64,000 bases of DNA from an uncultured delta proteobacterium (GTDB lineage Bacteria > Myxococcota > Myxococcia > Myxococcales > Myxococcaceae). Positions 9,571 through 19,033 of the stretch are shown piece by piece. The notes beneath the pieces are model-generated. The model worked only from the letters and a program-made list of their open reading frames with translations. It made no database searches and was not told the DNA's origin. A program made the translations under genes and the position numbers. Location: NCBI GenBank assembly GCA_963796055.1, contig CAWCKH010000006.1, positions 96,001 to 160,000 of the forward strand, given 5' to 3'. Position 1 is the first letter of the stretch. Each line of letters starts with the position of its first letter.

Positions 9571-9912
9571 ATGGATTCCTTCGTCCGCCGCCTCGTGGAA
9601 CGGCTCCTCGAGCCCTCGCTGCCGCTGTCGCGGAACCGGCACTTCCACACCTTCGAGACGCCCGAGGGGCGCCGGGCGCTCACCCTGGCCCGGCGGCTCC
9701 GGGGGCTCGCCCGCGACGTCCGCCGCTGCCTGGACCGCGGCACCCCTCCGGAGGTCCGGGCCGACGGCCCCGGCGGCGACCGGCGCGTCGAGCTGCGATT
9801 CACGGACCTGGCGGGGCGCCGGACGGCGTACCTCACCGAGGACGAGTACGCGCTGCTCCTCCGCGTGCCGGGCATGGTCGAGGCGCTCGGACGCGAGCGG
9901 CACCCGGTCTGA
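9571..9912 (+). CDS. Hypothetical protein (myxobacterial)
   Basis: MDSFVRRLVERL...LSRNRHFHTFETPEGRRAL; protein-like composition. Confidence 0.65.
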   Translation: MDSFVRRLVERLLEPSLPLSRNRHFHTFETPEGRRALTLARRLRGLARDVRRCLDRGTPPEVRADGPGGDRRVELRFTDLAGRRTAYLTEDEYALLLRVPGMVEALGRERHPV

Positions 9913-9950
9913 GGGAAGGGCGATCCCCCAGGGCCGGCTGCCCCCGGACC

Positions 9951-10032
9951 TCGCCTGCGGCCGCCTGGACCGCGCCGACTGCCGCTCGCCAGACGACACC
10001 CTCACCCGAACCTCGTCTGCGGCCGCCCTGAC
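9951..10032 (-). repeat. Diverged single copy of the 83-bp repeat unit
   Basis: Reverse complement reads GTCAGGGCGGCCGCAGACGAGGTTCGGGTGAGGGTGTCGTCTGGCGAGCGGCAGTCGGCGCGGTCCAGGCGGCCGCAG, colinear with the array unit, and starts right after the TAG at 10033-10035. Confidence 0.75.
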
Positions 10033-11461
10033 CTAACCGGTGAGTCCTGCAAAGGCGAGGAGCACCGCCCGCAGCGCCTCGCGCGCGCCGGAGTAGGCCG
10101 ACGCTCCTCTCCGGGCGAGCTCGTCGGGGCACGTCTCGCCGAGCACGGCGAGCGGGCGCGTGCTGCTCGTCGGCGACGAAGCGTGCCAGGGCGAGCATGG
10201 CCGGAGACAGCTCGGTGACCACCAGGCCGGCAGCCTCGGCGGTGAACGGACGCCACAGCGGGCGGCCCAGCTCGCCGGCGGGAACGATGCAGAAGTGGAG
10301 CAGGAGCCCCTCGGCCACCTCGAGCTCGGCCACCGTCCCCAGCGCCTGGACCGGCGCCCCCTCGGGCGCGAGCAGGGGGAGCCCGGCCAGCGCCTCCCGG
10401 GCCGCCGAGGCATCGGCTGCGGCGAGCAGGACCTTCACCACCTGGCGCCGGGATGCTCCCCGCCCGCGCTGCGCACGCGCCCGGACGGCGTGGGCCTCGG
10501 CGGCCGAGAGGAGCGGCTCGGGCGCCGGAGGTGCGTCGACGTCCACCGGAACGACCAGCCCCTCGCCGTGGAGCATCGCCAGGCTCTGGAGCACAGCCAG
10601 GTCTGGGGCCTCGAGGACATCCAGCAGCTCGAGCGCGCTCCGGGGCACCTCGAGCCGCGCCAGCACCTCGCGGGCGAGTGGCGGCACGGCGCGCAGGGCG
10701 GCGCCGGAGGTCTGGACCCACCGTGCGGACGGCGGCGGGAGCGCATCCAGCAGCCGCCGGCACTCGTCCATCTGCCGCGCGGCCTCCAGCAGGAGCTCGT
10801 CGGTGCCCCGCGCGATGGGCGCCTCCGCTGCCGCCGGTCCCGGCTGGAAGGAGAAGGTCCCTTCCGTCCAGTGGAGCATCCGGAACAGGGCCTTCTCCCC
10901 CTGCGCCCCGCCGGTGCGCGCGTCGACCGGACGGCCCTCCACCAGCTCCACCTCGCCGCGCTCGGCCCCGCGGCGCAGGGTCACCCGCCCCGTGCGCCGG
11001 GCCGGACCGAGCGTCTGGAGCAGGTCCGGCAGGGCGAGCTGGGCCAGCGCCCCTTCGATCTCCTGGGACTCGGCCGCCTCGTTCCGCGCTCGCTCGGCAC
11101 GCGCCAGGAGATCGTCGATGTGGGCGAGGACCTCGTCCAGCTTGTACGGCTTTCGCAGCAGTGCGCCCGGGCCATCCCGCATCGCCTCGTCCGCTTGCTC
11201 GGCGCTGGCGGTCACCACGACCGGGATGGTGTCAGTCCGGGGGTTGGTGCGGAGGATGTCCACGAACGTCCGGGCGTCGAGGACCGGGCAGCTGCGGTCG
11301 AAGAGCACCAGATCCGGATGGCGGAGCACCGCCAGCTCCAGCGCCCGCGCCCCATCGCGGGCCGAATAGACCTGGCATCCCTTCTGGCGGAGCGCTCGGG
11401 TGAGCGCGCGGACCGAGGCCAGGTCGGGGTCGGCGAGGAGCACCTTTCGGACGGAGGTCAT
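10033..11461 (-). CDS. Response regulator, REC + DUF4388 + degenerate GTPase-like C-terminus; apparent +1 frameshift near 10155
   Basis: MTSVRKVLLADPD...LVLFD...RKP receiver; IEGALAQLALPDLLQTL...RRTGRV...WTEGTFSF DUF4388. The plausible C-terminus (PLAVLGETCPDEL...AGLTG*) is in another frame. Confidence 0.8.
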
Positions 11462-11471
11462 GGCCCGCGGG

Positions 11472-13280
11472 TCAGTACGGTTGCAGGTCGTACGTGGTCT
11501 GGAGCTTGGAGACGAGCCCGTCCACCAGCGCCGCGTCCGACGAGTGGAAGGCCCACGTCGCGCCTCGGCCCCGCCGCTGGAGCAGCGCGTACGCCCCGGG
11601 CCCGTGCAGCCAGAGCACGAACTGATGCCGGAGCAACCGCTCGTCGCCACCCAGCACCAGCGGGGTCAGCCCTGGCCTGGGCGTCACCTCGGCCCGCCGG
11701 GCCAATAAGTAAACCCGTGGGATGAAGTCCTGGGGGGCGCGCTCGAGCGTGCGCACCAGCGGCAGGCCATCTCCGGCCTCGGCCCCGCCGAGGTAGACCA
11801 GGCTCCGGACGGAGGGATCGCGGAGCAGCGTCCGGCCGATCTCCGCCTGGACCTCCTCGAACAGCTCCTCGGGAATGCGCCCCCGCCGGGAGGGGTCCGC
11901 CCCCTCCTCCGCCGGGAGCCGTGGGCCGTCGGGCGAGCCGAGCAGCAGCTCCACCGCCTCCCAGAACCCGACCGGGTCCAGCACCAGCCGCCGGTAGAGC
12001 GAGGCGCGTCGCTGCTCCAGCCGCGCCCGGCAGGCCTCGGTGAGAAAGTCCAGGTCCTCGCCGTCGCGGGGAAAGCTCGCCGCGCCACCGGTGAGCTGCA
12101 GCGCCGCAGCACCCTCCACGGCCCGCAGCTCCGGCGCCTCGCGCGCCGCGGCCAGAGCCCGGCGGAGGAACACCTGCGCTCCGAAGGCGTCCGTCTCCGG
12201 CAACAACAACAGGAACTCCTGCTCGGCCACCTTGGCCAGCACGTCCGACTCGCGCAGCACCCGGCCGAGAGCCCGGGTGGTGGCCCGCACCGCCGCCCGG
12301 GCCTGCTCGGTACCGGCCCGGGCGCGCAGGTGTGGCAGGCCATCGAGCGCGAAGCTGAGGAGCGAGAAGCACCGCCCGTACCGCCGGGCCTTGTCCACCT
12401 CTTTGGTTGCAACGTCGGTGAAGTAGGCGAGGTTGTATGCGGACGAATCCGGGTCCCGGAGCGCCAGGCGCTGCAGCGCCCGGAAGCGCCGCGCCGAGAG
12501 CAGGGCTGCGGCACCCACCCCGGCCAGCGCGGCGGTCGCCTCGGCAGTCTCGGGCAAGAAGCCCCCGGGCGCATCCGACAGCTGGACCAGCGCCAGCCCC
12601 TCGCCGCGCGCGGCGAGCGGCACCCAGAGCCCGGGCCCGTCCACCGCCCAGGGCCGGCCAGCCGACAGCAGCGCCCGGGCGTGCTGGTCCGGGGCGAGGA
12701 GCTCGGCGTAGGCCTCGCGCTGCAGACGCCCCGCGGTGGCGCGGAGGACCAGGCGCCCGGCGTCGTCCGCCAGCCACAGCGCCCCCGAGCCGGCGCCGGC
12801 CGCACGGACCAGCTCGCCCAGGAGGAGCTCGTGGAACCCCTCGGCATCGGGGTCCCTGAGGAGCGCCGCCGCCCGCCGGTGCAGCTCCGCCTCCTGCCGG
12901 GCTCTGGCGCCCTCGGCGCGGGCGGCGTCGCGCTGGCGGCGCAGGTTCACCCAGGGTACCGCCCGCTCCACTGCCGCGAGCAGCGCACCACTGTCGGCGG
13001 ACGGGGCCCACTCGAAGGGGGCGGACACCACCGGCACATCGGGGCAGACGCCCCGGAAGGACTCCAGGGCGGAGGAGGTGTCCGGCACGCAGATGACCAG
13101 CACCTCCGGCGACCCCGCCCTGCGCTCGAGCTCCTCCGGCGACCCCGCCCACTCCACCGCGTGGCCCGCCTCGGCCAGGCGCGCGGAGAGCCAGGAGCGC
13201 ACCTGCGCCCGGGCGTCCACCACCCACAGCTGCAGCGGGACGGGCGCGGCGGGCCGCCGGATGTCGGGCGCGGTGGTCAG
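11472..13280 (-). CDS. Pseudo-receiver/GAF/degenerate GGDEF domain protein
   Basis: RDPDSSAYNLAYF...RESDVLAKVAEQEFLLLLPETD with a GAF-like region upstream; start uncertain (possible CTG at 13280). Confidence 0.8.
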   Translation of the reverse strand: MTTAPDIRRPAAPVPLQLWVVDARAQVRSWLSARLAEAGHAVEWAGSPEELERRAGSPEVLVICVPDTSSALESFRGVCPDVPVVSAPFEWAPSADSGALLAAVERAVPWVNLRRQRDAARAEGARARQEAELHRRAAALLRDPDAEGFHELLLGELVRAAGAGSGALWLADDAGRLVLRATAGRLQREAYAELLAPDQHARALLSAGRPWAVDGPGLWVPLAARGEGLALVQLSDAPGGFLPETAEATAALAGVGAAALLSARRFRALQRLALRDPDSSAYNLAYFTDVATKEVDKARRYGRCFSLLSFALDGLPHLRARAGTEQARAAVRATTRALGRVLRESDVLAKVAEQEFLLLLPETDAFGAQVFLRRALAAAREAPELRAVEGAAALQLTGGAASFPRDGEDLDFLTEACRARLEQRRASLYRRLVLDPVGFWEAVELLLGSPDGPRLPAEEGADPSRRGRIPEELFEEVQAEIGRTLLRDPSVRSLVYLGGAEAGDGLPLVRTLERAPQDFIPRVYLLARRAEVTPRPGLTPLVLGGDERLLRHQFVLWLHGPGAYALLQRRGRGATWAFHSSDAALVDGLVSKLQTTYDLQPY

Positions 13281-14125
13281 TCGAGCAGCGCCTCCGGCAG
13301 CTCGGCACGGAACACGAAGCGCGCGGGGCCGCGAAGGGTGATGCGCTGCAGATCCCGGGACACCCGCACCGCCAGCCGGCCCCCCGGGAGGTCCACCGGC
13401 ACGAAGGCCTCGGAGGGAACCCAGCCGGCCAGCACCGCCGCCGCGACCGAGGCGGCGGCGCCCGTCCCGCAGGCGTCGGTCAGGCCGGAGCCGCGCTCCC
13501 ACACCGTGACCCGGAGGCCCTCACCGGCCTGGCCCACCGCCTCGACGTTGGTGCGCTCGGGAAACCCCGGCAGATGCTCGAGCCGTGGTCCGTGCGTGTG
13601 CACCACCTCCGGAGGTGCCCCCAGCAAGACCAGATGGGGGTTGCCCATGCTGACCGCGGTGCCCGGCCAGTCCACGCCGGGGACCGGCGCGGAGACGAAC
13701 GGGCCGCCCCCGGGACCGGGCGGCAGGTGGGACGCCTGCAGGCGAGCCGGGCCGAGCTCGATCTCCACCTCCACCACCTCGCCCCCCGCCCGGCGCACGC
13801 GGGCCGGGAGCACTCCGGCGCCGGTCTCCACCTCCAGCGCCTCCCTGCCGGGCTCCCGGTCCAGCAGGTGCTTGACCACGCAGCGCAGCCCGTTCCCGCA
13901 CATCTCCGCCAGGCTCCCGTCGGCGTTGTGCACCACCATCCGCACCGCCGCGCGCGCCGAGGGCAGGAGCACCAGGACGCCGTCGGCGCCCACGCCGCGC
14001 CGCCGGTCGCACAGGGCGCGGGACGCTGCCGGGGAGACGTCCAGCCCCGATGCGCGGCGGTCGAGCACCACGAAGTCGTTGCCGAGCCCCTCGTACTTGA
14101 ATCCCCACTCCACCCCGCCGCTCAC
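13277..14125 (-). CDS. dapF: Diaminopimelate epimerase
   Basis: KYEGLGNDF, NADGSLAEMCGNG, SMGNPH, WERGSGLTDACGTG. Confidence 0.95.
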   Translation of the reverse strand: MSGGVEWGFKYEGLGNDFVVLDRRASGLDVSPAASRALCDRRRGVGADGVLVLLPSARAAVRMVVHNADGSLAEMCGNGLRCVVKHLLDREPGREALEVETGAGVLPARVRRAGGEVVEVEIELGPARLQASHLPPGPGGGPFVSAPVPGVDWPGTAVSMGNPHLVLLGAPPEVVHTHGPRLEHLPGFPERTNVEAVGQAGEGLRVTVWERGSGLTDACGTGAAASVAAAVLAGWVPSEAFVPVDLPGGRLAVRVSRDLQRITLRGPARFVFRAELPEALLD

Positions 14126-17100
14126 GACTCACCCTCGCCCGGTCGCCGCGGGGGGGCACGGGACGCCGCCGCGCGACGGAACGCCAGCAGCTCTCCCTCC
14201 TGCGCCGCCAGACGCCGCTGCAGCTGATCCACCCGCGCCGAGAGCTCCTGCACCTGCGCCCGGGCGGCCTCCACCTCCGCACGGGCCTCCTCCCGCTCGT
14301 GCGCGCGCTCGTCCGCGAGCGCGTCCCGGGCGGCCACGGCGTCGGCCAGCATCTGCTGAAGGGCACCGGGAGCGCCGCCCGAAACCCGCGCGGACTCCAG
14401 CGCCTCGGTGAGCGCCTGCTCGTGCGCAGCGGCTTGCTCGGCCTGGGCGGCGAGCGCGTCGCGCTCGAACTGCGCCGAGGCCAGCTCGTCGCCGAGCTTC
14501 CCCAGCTGCTCCTCCAGCTCCGCCACCCGCCCCTCGGCGTACTCCTTCTCCTCGTCGCGGACCCGCGCCCGGGCACGCTCCTGGGCGAGCTCCACTTGCA
14601 GCTGCTCCCGGGCGATCTTCGCCGCGCGGGCCTGGTCCTCCCCGCTGCTCTGCCCGGCCTCCAGGGCCGCCAGCCGGTTCGTCGTCTCCTGGCTGGAGAC
14701 CTCCAGTGCGGCGAGCCGCTCCAGCGCGGCATCGCGCTCGCTGGCCACCACGTCGCACTCGGCCCGGAGCGGCCCGAGCTCCCCCTCCGCTGCCTGCGCC
14801 CGCTGCTCGGCCGCTTCGAGCGCCGCCCGGGCCTGGTCCGCGCCGGCCAGCGCCGCTTCCAGCGCGTCCACCCGGACCCGGGCGTCCTCCAGCGCGCTTC
14901 CGAACGCCTCCGCCCGGGCGTGGGCCGCGGCCTGCTGGGCCCGGAGGCCGGCCAGCTCCTCGAGGGCGGGCTCGGCCCGGGCGAGCGCCTCCGAACGCTC
15001 CGCCAGCGCGCCGGCGGTGTGCTGCAGCTCCACCTCGAGCGCCGCCACCCGTGCCTCGAAGCCGGTCGCGGTCGCGCTGACCGTCCCCCGGGCCTCCTCC
15101 AGCGCCCGGGAGAGGGTCGCCCGCTCCTCGTCGGCCTCCGCCAGCCGCTGCTCCAGCGAGGCGAGGTGGGCCTCCAGGCCCGCCGCCTCGGCGGACGCGA
15201 CGCGGGCGGACTCCTGCGCCCCGTCGCGCTCGGCCAGGAGCCTCGCCTCGGCACCCTCGAGCGCAGCGAGCCGCTCGCGCGCCCCCGCCAGCTCGGACTC
15301 GGTCTCGGCGAGGGCCCCCCCACGGCTCCGGGCCTCATCCCCGAGCCTCGCCGCCTCGGCCTGCAGCTCGGCCAGCCGCGCCTGGAGCGCCGTGTGCGCC
15401 TCGTGCAGCTCGGCGCGGCCCCGGAGCTGCTCCTCGAGCTCGGTCCGCGCTGCCTCGGAGTCGGCCAGGCGCGCCTCGAGGGACGCCCGGGCGTCCTGGA
15501 GCGCGTCGAGCTCGGCCTGCTGCCTGGCCACGGCCGCTGCCTCGGCCTCGGCACGCGCCTGGAGCGACTGCAGCTGGCCGTCGAGGTCCTCGGTCCGGCG
15601 AATCTGGAGCTCGAGCGCGGCGATGGTCCGCGCGTGCCCCTCCGCCCGCCCGGCCTGGGTCCGCGCGTCCTCCTCGGCGCGCTCGGCCCGGGCCACCGCG
15701 TCACGGGCGAACACCGCGGTGCTCGAGGCCCGCTCCTCCACCCGGGCCAGCATCGCCCTGGCCTCGGTCAGCTCGGCGCCGAGCGAGCCCACGTCCCGCT
15801 CCCGCTCGGCACGGGCGCTCTCCGCGGCGGCCAGAGCCTGCTCCAGCGCCTGCCGGGCGATGGCCAGCTCCTGGGTGATGGCCGCGTCCTCGGGAGCCTG
15901 GAAGTTGGCCTGGGCGAGCGCGGCCTCGGCGGTCGCCAGCCGCTCCTCGAGGGCGGCGGCCATCGCCCGCGCCGAGGCCTCCTGCCTCTCCAGCACCGCC
16001 AGCCGATCGGCGAGCCGCTCCCGCTCCCCGGTCGCGGCGAGCAGCTCGGTCCGGAGCGCCTCCACCTCTTCCGGCGAGGGCCCGGACGGCACCGCGGCGC
16101 GGGCCTGCGCGAGCTCCTCCTCGAACCGCTGGCGGTCGGCCTCGGCCGCGCGCTGCTCCCGGGCGCGCTCCGCCTCGAACCAGCCGGTGCGCTGCTCCAG
16201 GGCCTCGGCCCGGCTCCTCGCCTGGGCGAGCTCGCTCTGGCTTCCCTCCAGCGCGGTGAGGACCAGCGAGTGCTGCTCGGCCAGCCGCAGCTCCCGCTCA
16301 CGGGCCTGGGCCAGTCTCTCGTCCAGCGCGGCCAGCTCCGAGCCGCGCGCCTCGAGCGTGAGCCGGCCCCGCTCGGTGTCGGTCCGGGTGCGGGTGAGCT
16401 CCTCGCGCACGCCCCGGAGCTCGTCGTAGGCCGCGGTCAGCTTGATCCGGGCGTCGTCCAGCTGCCGCTGCAGCTCCTCGCGGCGGGCGCGCTCCAGACG
16501 CACCGACTCCTGGGCCGCCAGCACCTCCGCCTGCTGCTGGCGCTCCTGGACCCGCGCCGCCTCCGACTCGGCGGCCCGCGCCGCCAGCCGGCGCTCGGCC
16601 TCGGCAGCCCGCTCGCCGGCCAGCTGCAGCTCGGACTCGAGGCGGCGGATCCGCGCCGCGAGCTCGTCCTGCACCACCGGGTGGAGCGCGGCCGAGCCCC
16701 GGACCTCTGCCTCGGCCTGGGCCCGGGCCGCCTCCTCGCGGGCGCGCTCCAGCGCGCCCTGGGTGGCCTCGAGATCTCCCTTGGCCTGGGCGAGCTCCTC
16801 GCGCGCCTCGCCGAGGGCGGTCTTCAGCCGGCGGGCCCGAACCTCCCACTCGCGGGCACGGGTGGAGGCCTCGTCCAGCCGCCCGCCGGTGAAGGCCAGC
16901 GGCGCCGGAGGCAGCTGCACCCAGGTGGGTTCCACCGCACGCAGCCGCTCGCGGCTCGCCAGCACCACGAAGTACGCCGCCTCGCCCGCGCCGGCGAGGG
17001 AACCGTCGACCTGCAGCCCCTCACTCCGCTCGAAGGCCAGCTGGTAGCCGAGCAGCGGGCTCTGCGTGGCGGTCTCGACGTGGGGAAAGTGGGCGGCCAT

Positions 17101-17565
17101 CGCGTCCAGGACCTGCCCGTACGTCGGCGGGGCGCCCTCCCCGTCGGGCTCCATCAGCTGGGCCAGCGCGAGCCCGGCGGGGTTTCGCACCCCGCCCACC
17201 AGCACGCCGGTCCCGGACACCTGCTCGGCGAGCTGCGCGAGCAGGGCTGGAGCACGGACGTACGGCGCGAGGTCCGCGACCAGCACCAGGTCGAACCCGC
17301 CGGGCGGCAGGTCGTCGAAGATCGCCGGGCGAAACCGCAGCCGCTCGCTGCCCGCGCGGGCCTGGGCCGCCTCCACCGCGGCCAGATCGTCGTCGCACGC
17401 CACCACCAGCCGCGCCCCGCGCGAGACCAGGAACTCGGCCGAGGCGCCTCCGGTGGCCGCCACCGCGCCGACCTCGAGGACCCGCCGGCGCACGAAGAGC
17501 GCCTCGGCGAAGATGTAGCGCGGGAGCAGCTCGCTGACGCCCAGGCGGCGGAAGGTCAGGTTCAC
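14122..17565 (-). CDS. SAM-methyltransferase-like N-terminal domain fused to a very long coiled coil
   Basis: RRVLEVGAV...FDLVLV in the N-terminal ~220 aa, followed by ~900 aa of E/A/R-rich heptads. Confidence 0.8.
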   Translation of the reverse strand: MNLTFRRLGVSELLPRYIFAEALFVRRRVLEVGAVAATGGASAEFLVSRGARLVVACDDDLAAVEAAQARAGSERLRFRPAIFDDLPPGGFDLVLVADLAPYVRAPALLAQLAEQVSGTGVLVGGVRNPAGLALAQLMEPDGEGAPPTYGQVLDAMAAHFPHVETATQSPLLGYQLAFERSEGLQVDGSLAGAGEAAYFVVLASRERLRAVEPTWVQLPPAPLAFTGGRLDEASTRAREWEVRARRLKTALGEAREELAQAKGDLEATQGALERAREEAARAQAEAEVRGSAALHPVVQDELAARIRRLESELQLAGERAAEAERRLAARAAESEAARVQERQQQAEVLAAQESVRLERARREELQRQLDDARIKLTAAYDELRGVREELTRTRTDTERGRLTLEARGSELAALDERLAQARERELRLAEQHSLVLTALEGSQSELAQARSRAEALEQRTGWFEAERAREQRAAEADRQRFEEELAQARAAVPSGPSPEEVEALRTELLAATGERERLADRLAVLERQEASARAMAAALEERLATAEAALAQANFQAPEDAAITQELAIARQALEQALAAAESARAERERDVGSLGAELTEARAMLARVEERASSTAVFARDAVARAERAEEDARTQAGRAEGHARTIAALELQIRRTEDLDGQLQSLQARAEAEAAAVARQQAELDALQDARASLEARLADSEAARTELEEQLRGRAELHEAHTALQARLAELQAEAARLGDEARSRGGALAETESELAGARERLAALEGAEARLLAERDGAQESARVASAEAAGLEAHLASLEQRLAEADEERATLSRALEEARGTVSATATGFEARVAALEVELQHTAGALAERSEALARAEPALEELAGLRAQQAAAHARAEAFGSALEDARVRVDALEAALAGADQARAALEAAEQRAQAAEGELGPLRAECDVVASERDAALERLAALEVSSQETTNRLAALEAGQSSGEDQARAAKIAREQLQVELAQERARARVRDEEKEYAEGRVAELEEQLGKLGDELASAQFERDALAAQAEQAAAHEQALTEALESARVSGGAPGALQQMLADAVAARDALADERAHEREEARAEVEAARAQVQELSARVDQLQRRLAAQEGELLAFRRAAASRAPPRRPGEGES

Positions 17566-17615
17566 GGCCGTCGTTCTCGGACCCGACAGAGTATACCGGC
17601 GTTCAGGAGACCCTC

Positions 17616-18383
17616 ATGTCCTCGACCTCCGATTCGTTAGGCCGACGCGCCGGACGTGCCTTCACCCGGCTGGTGGTGACCCTCGTCGTCTTCGCGCTCC
17701 TCGGCGCAGTGGGGTTCCTCCTGAGCCAGCTGAATGCCCGGACGTTCACCCTCCAGCAGCAGGAGGGGAAGCTCCTGGTGTTCAAGGGCCGGATGCTCCC
17801 ACTCGGGGCCGACCCCTACCGCCCCTCCGACCCGGCGCTGGCCGCCGCCTACGCCCCCATCGACCTCCTGGGCGGGGGCGCCGCCGGGCTGGACGGCGCG
17901 AAGTTCGAGGAGCGCGATGCGCTCGACCGCGCCCTCTTCCAGTTCCTGGAGGGACTCGCCCGGCCACGGCTGGTCTCCGACGACCCGGCGGTGCTCTCCC
18001 AGGGCCTGGTGGCGCTGGGGAGGATGCAGAAGCTCGGGGGCATCACCGACGACCAGCGCAAGACGCTGAGGAGCCTCGAGTCCGAGGTGGCCTTCTTCCA
18101 GGCCCGCACCCGGCTGGACCAGGCGCGCCGCGACATCGCCGAGGCGGTGACCCAGCTGCGGCTTGCGGCCGATAGCGGCGGCCGCCACGCCCGGGCCGCG
18201 CACCGGATGCTCAGCGTCATCGAGCCGGCCGCGTCGGGGCTGGAGGACGCGCTGCGCAGGGCGGTCTACACCCTGGACTCGGATGCGCCGGACGTGCCCA
18301 CACAACCAGTCCCGACCGCCCCCGCCTCGCCGCGTCAGCCGGCCCCGCCGCGGGGCGCCGCACCCGACGCCGGGGCGCTGTGA
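17616..18383 (+). CDS. Hypothetical membrane-anchored protein
   Basis: N-terminal TM helix, helical body, Pro-rich tail. Confidence 0.7.
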   Translation: MSSTSDSLGRRAGRAFTRLVVTLVVFALLGAVGFLLSQLNARTFTLQQQEGKLLVFKGRMLPLGADPYRPSDPALAAAYAPIDLLGGGAAGLDGAKFEERDALDRALFQFLEGLARPRLVSDDPAVLSQGLVALGRMQKLGGITDDQRKTLRSLESEVAFFQARTRLDQARRDIAEAVTQLRLAADSGGRHARAAHRMLSVIEPAASGLEDALRRAVYTLDSDAPDVPTQPVPTAPASPRQPAPPRGAAPDAGAL

Positions 18384-18469
18384 GCGCTTGTGGCCGGCCG
18401 TGCCGCTCGGCGATGCTCGCCCGCCGAGGGGAGTCGTCTCCAGGGACGTCACAGGGGGAAGACCACAGC

Positions 18470-19009
18470 ATGATCCGCACCACGTTCATCTCGCTCGCGA
18501 TGCTAGCGCTGGCCTGCGCCGCGGGCGCCGCGGGCTCCGGCGCCACCTCGGACTTCCAGCCCACCGGTGGCATCATCGTGGCCTCGGGCAACGGCTCCCG
18601 GTTCAACGCCAACCGGGTGCAGGGCCCCAAGGTCCAGTTCAGCCAGCGCTCCGACGGAAGCTGGGGCGGCAACATCTACGGGAGCGCCGGCACTCCCACC
18701 CCGATCGACGCCACCTTCCAGGGCGGGCAATTCGTCGGGGCCAACATCCGGCTCACCATCACCCGCGAGGGGGGGCAGACCAGCATCTTCGGCTCCATCC
18801 AGGACCGCATCGTCCGCTTCGAGGTGAGCCCCACCGAGATCCGGGTCTACACCAGCTCGAGCGCCGGCACGGGACGCTCCGAGACCTACGTGAAGCTCGC
18901 CGGTCCCGGTGAGTATGGAGGCCCGCAGTCGCTGACGCTCGAGGGCGAGGCCCAGCAGGCTCCGCCCACCCCGGCCTTCGCCCTGGCGATGGTCGGCGCC
19001 TTCATCTGA
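18470..19009 (+). CDS. Putative secreted/lipoprotein, hypothetical
   Basis: MIRTTFISLAMLALAC signal/lipobox-like start; beta-rich body. Confidence 0.65.
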   Translation: MIRTTFISLAMLALACAAGAAGSGATSDFQPTGGIIVASGNGSRFNANRVQGPKVQFSQRSDGSWGGNIYGSAGTPTPIDATFQGGQFVGANIRLTITREGGQTSIFGSIQDRIVRFEVSPTEIRVYTSSSAGTGRSETYVKLAGPGEYGGPQSLTLEGEAQQAPPTPAFALAMVGAFI

Positions 19010-19033
19010 GTCAGGGCGGCCGCAGTCAGCGAG
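19010..19033 (+). repeat. Minimal copy of the repeat core
   Basis: GTCAGGGCGGCCGCAGTCAGCGAG matches the array end (6424-6447) at 23/24 nt. It begins right after TGA 19007-19009 and overlaps the hpt stop. Confidence 0.8.

Noticed and set aside
14299..17640. Long plus-strand ORFs (1113 aa, 673 aa) and similar antisense ORFs across the window
   Set aside because: Antisense shadows of high-GC genes with no recognisable motifs; the opposite strand holds the real gene
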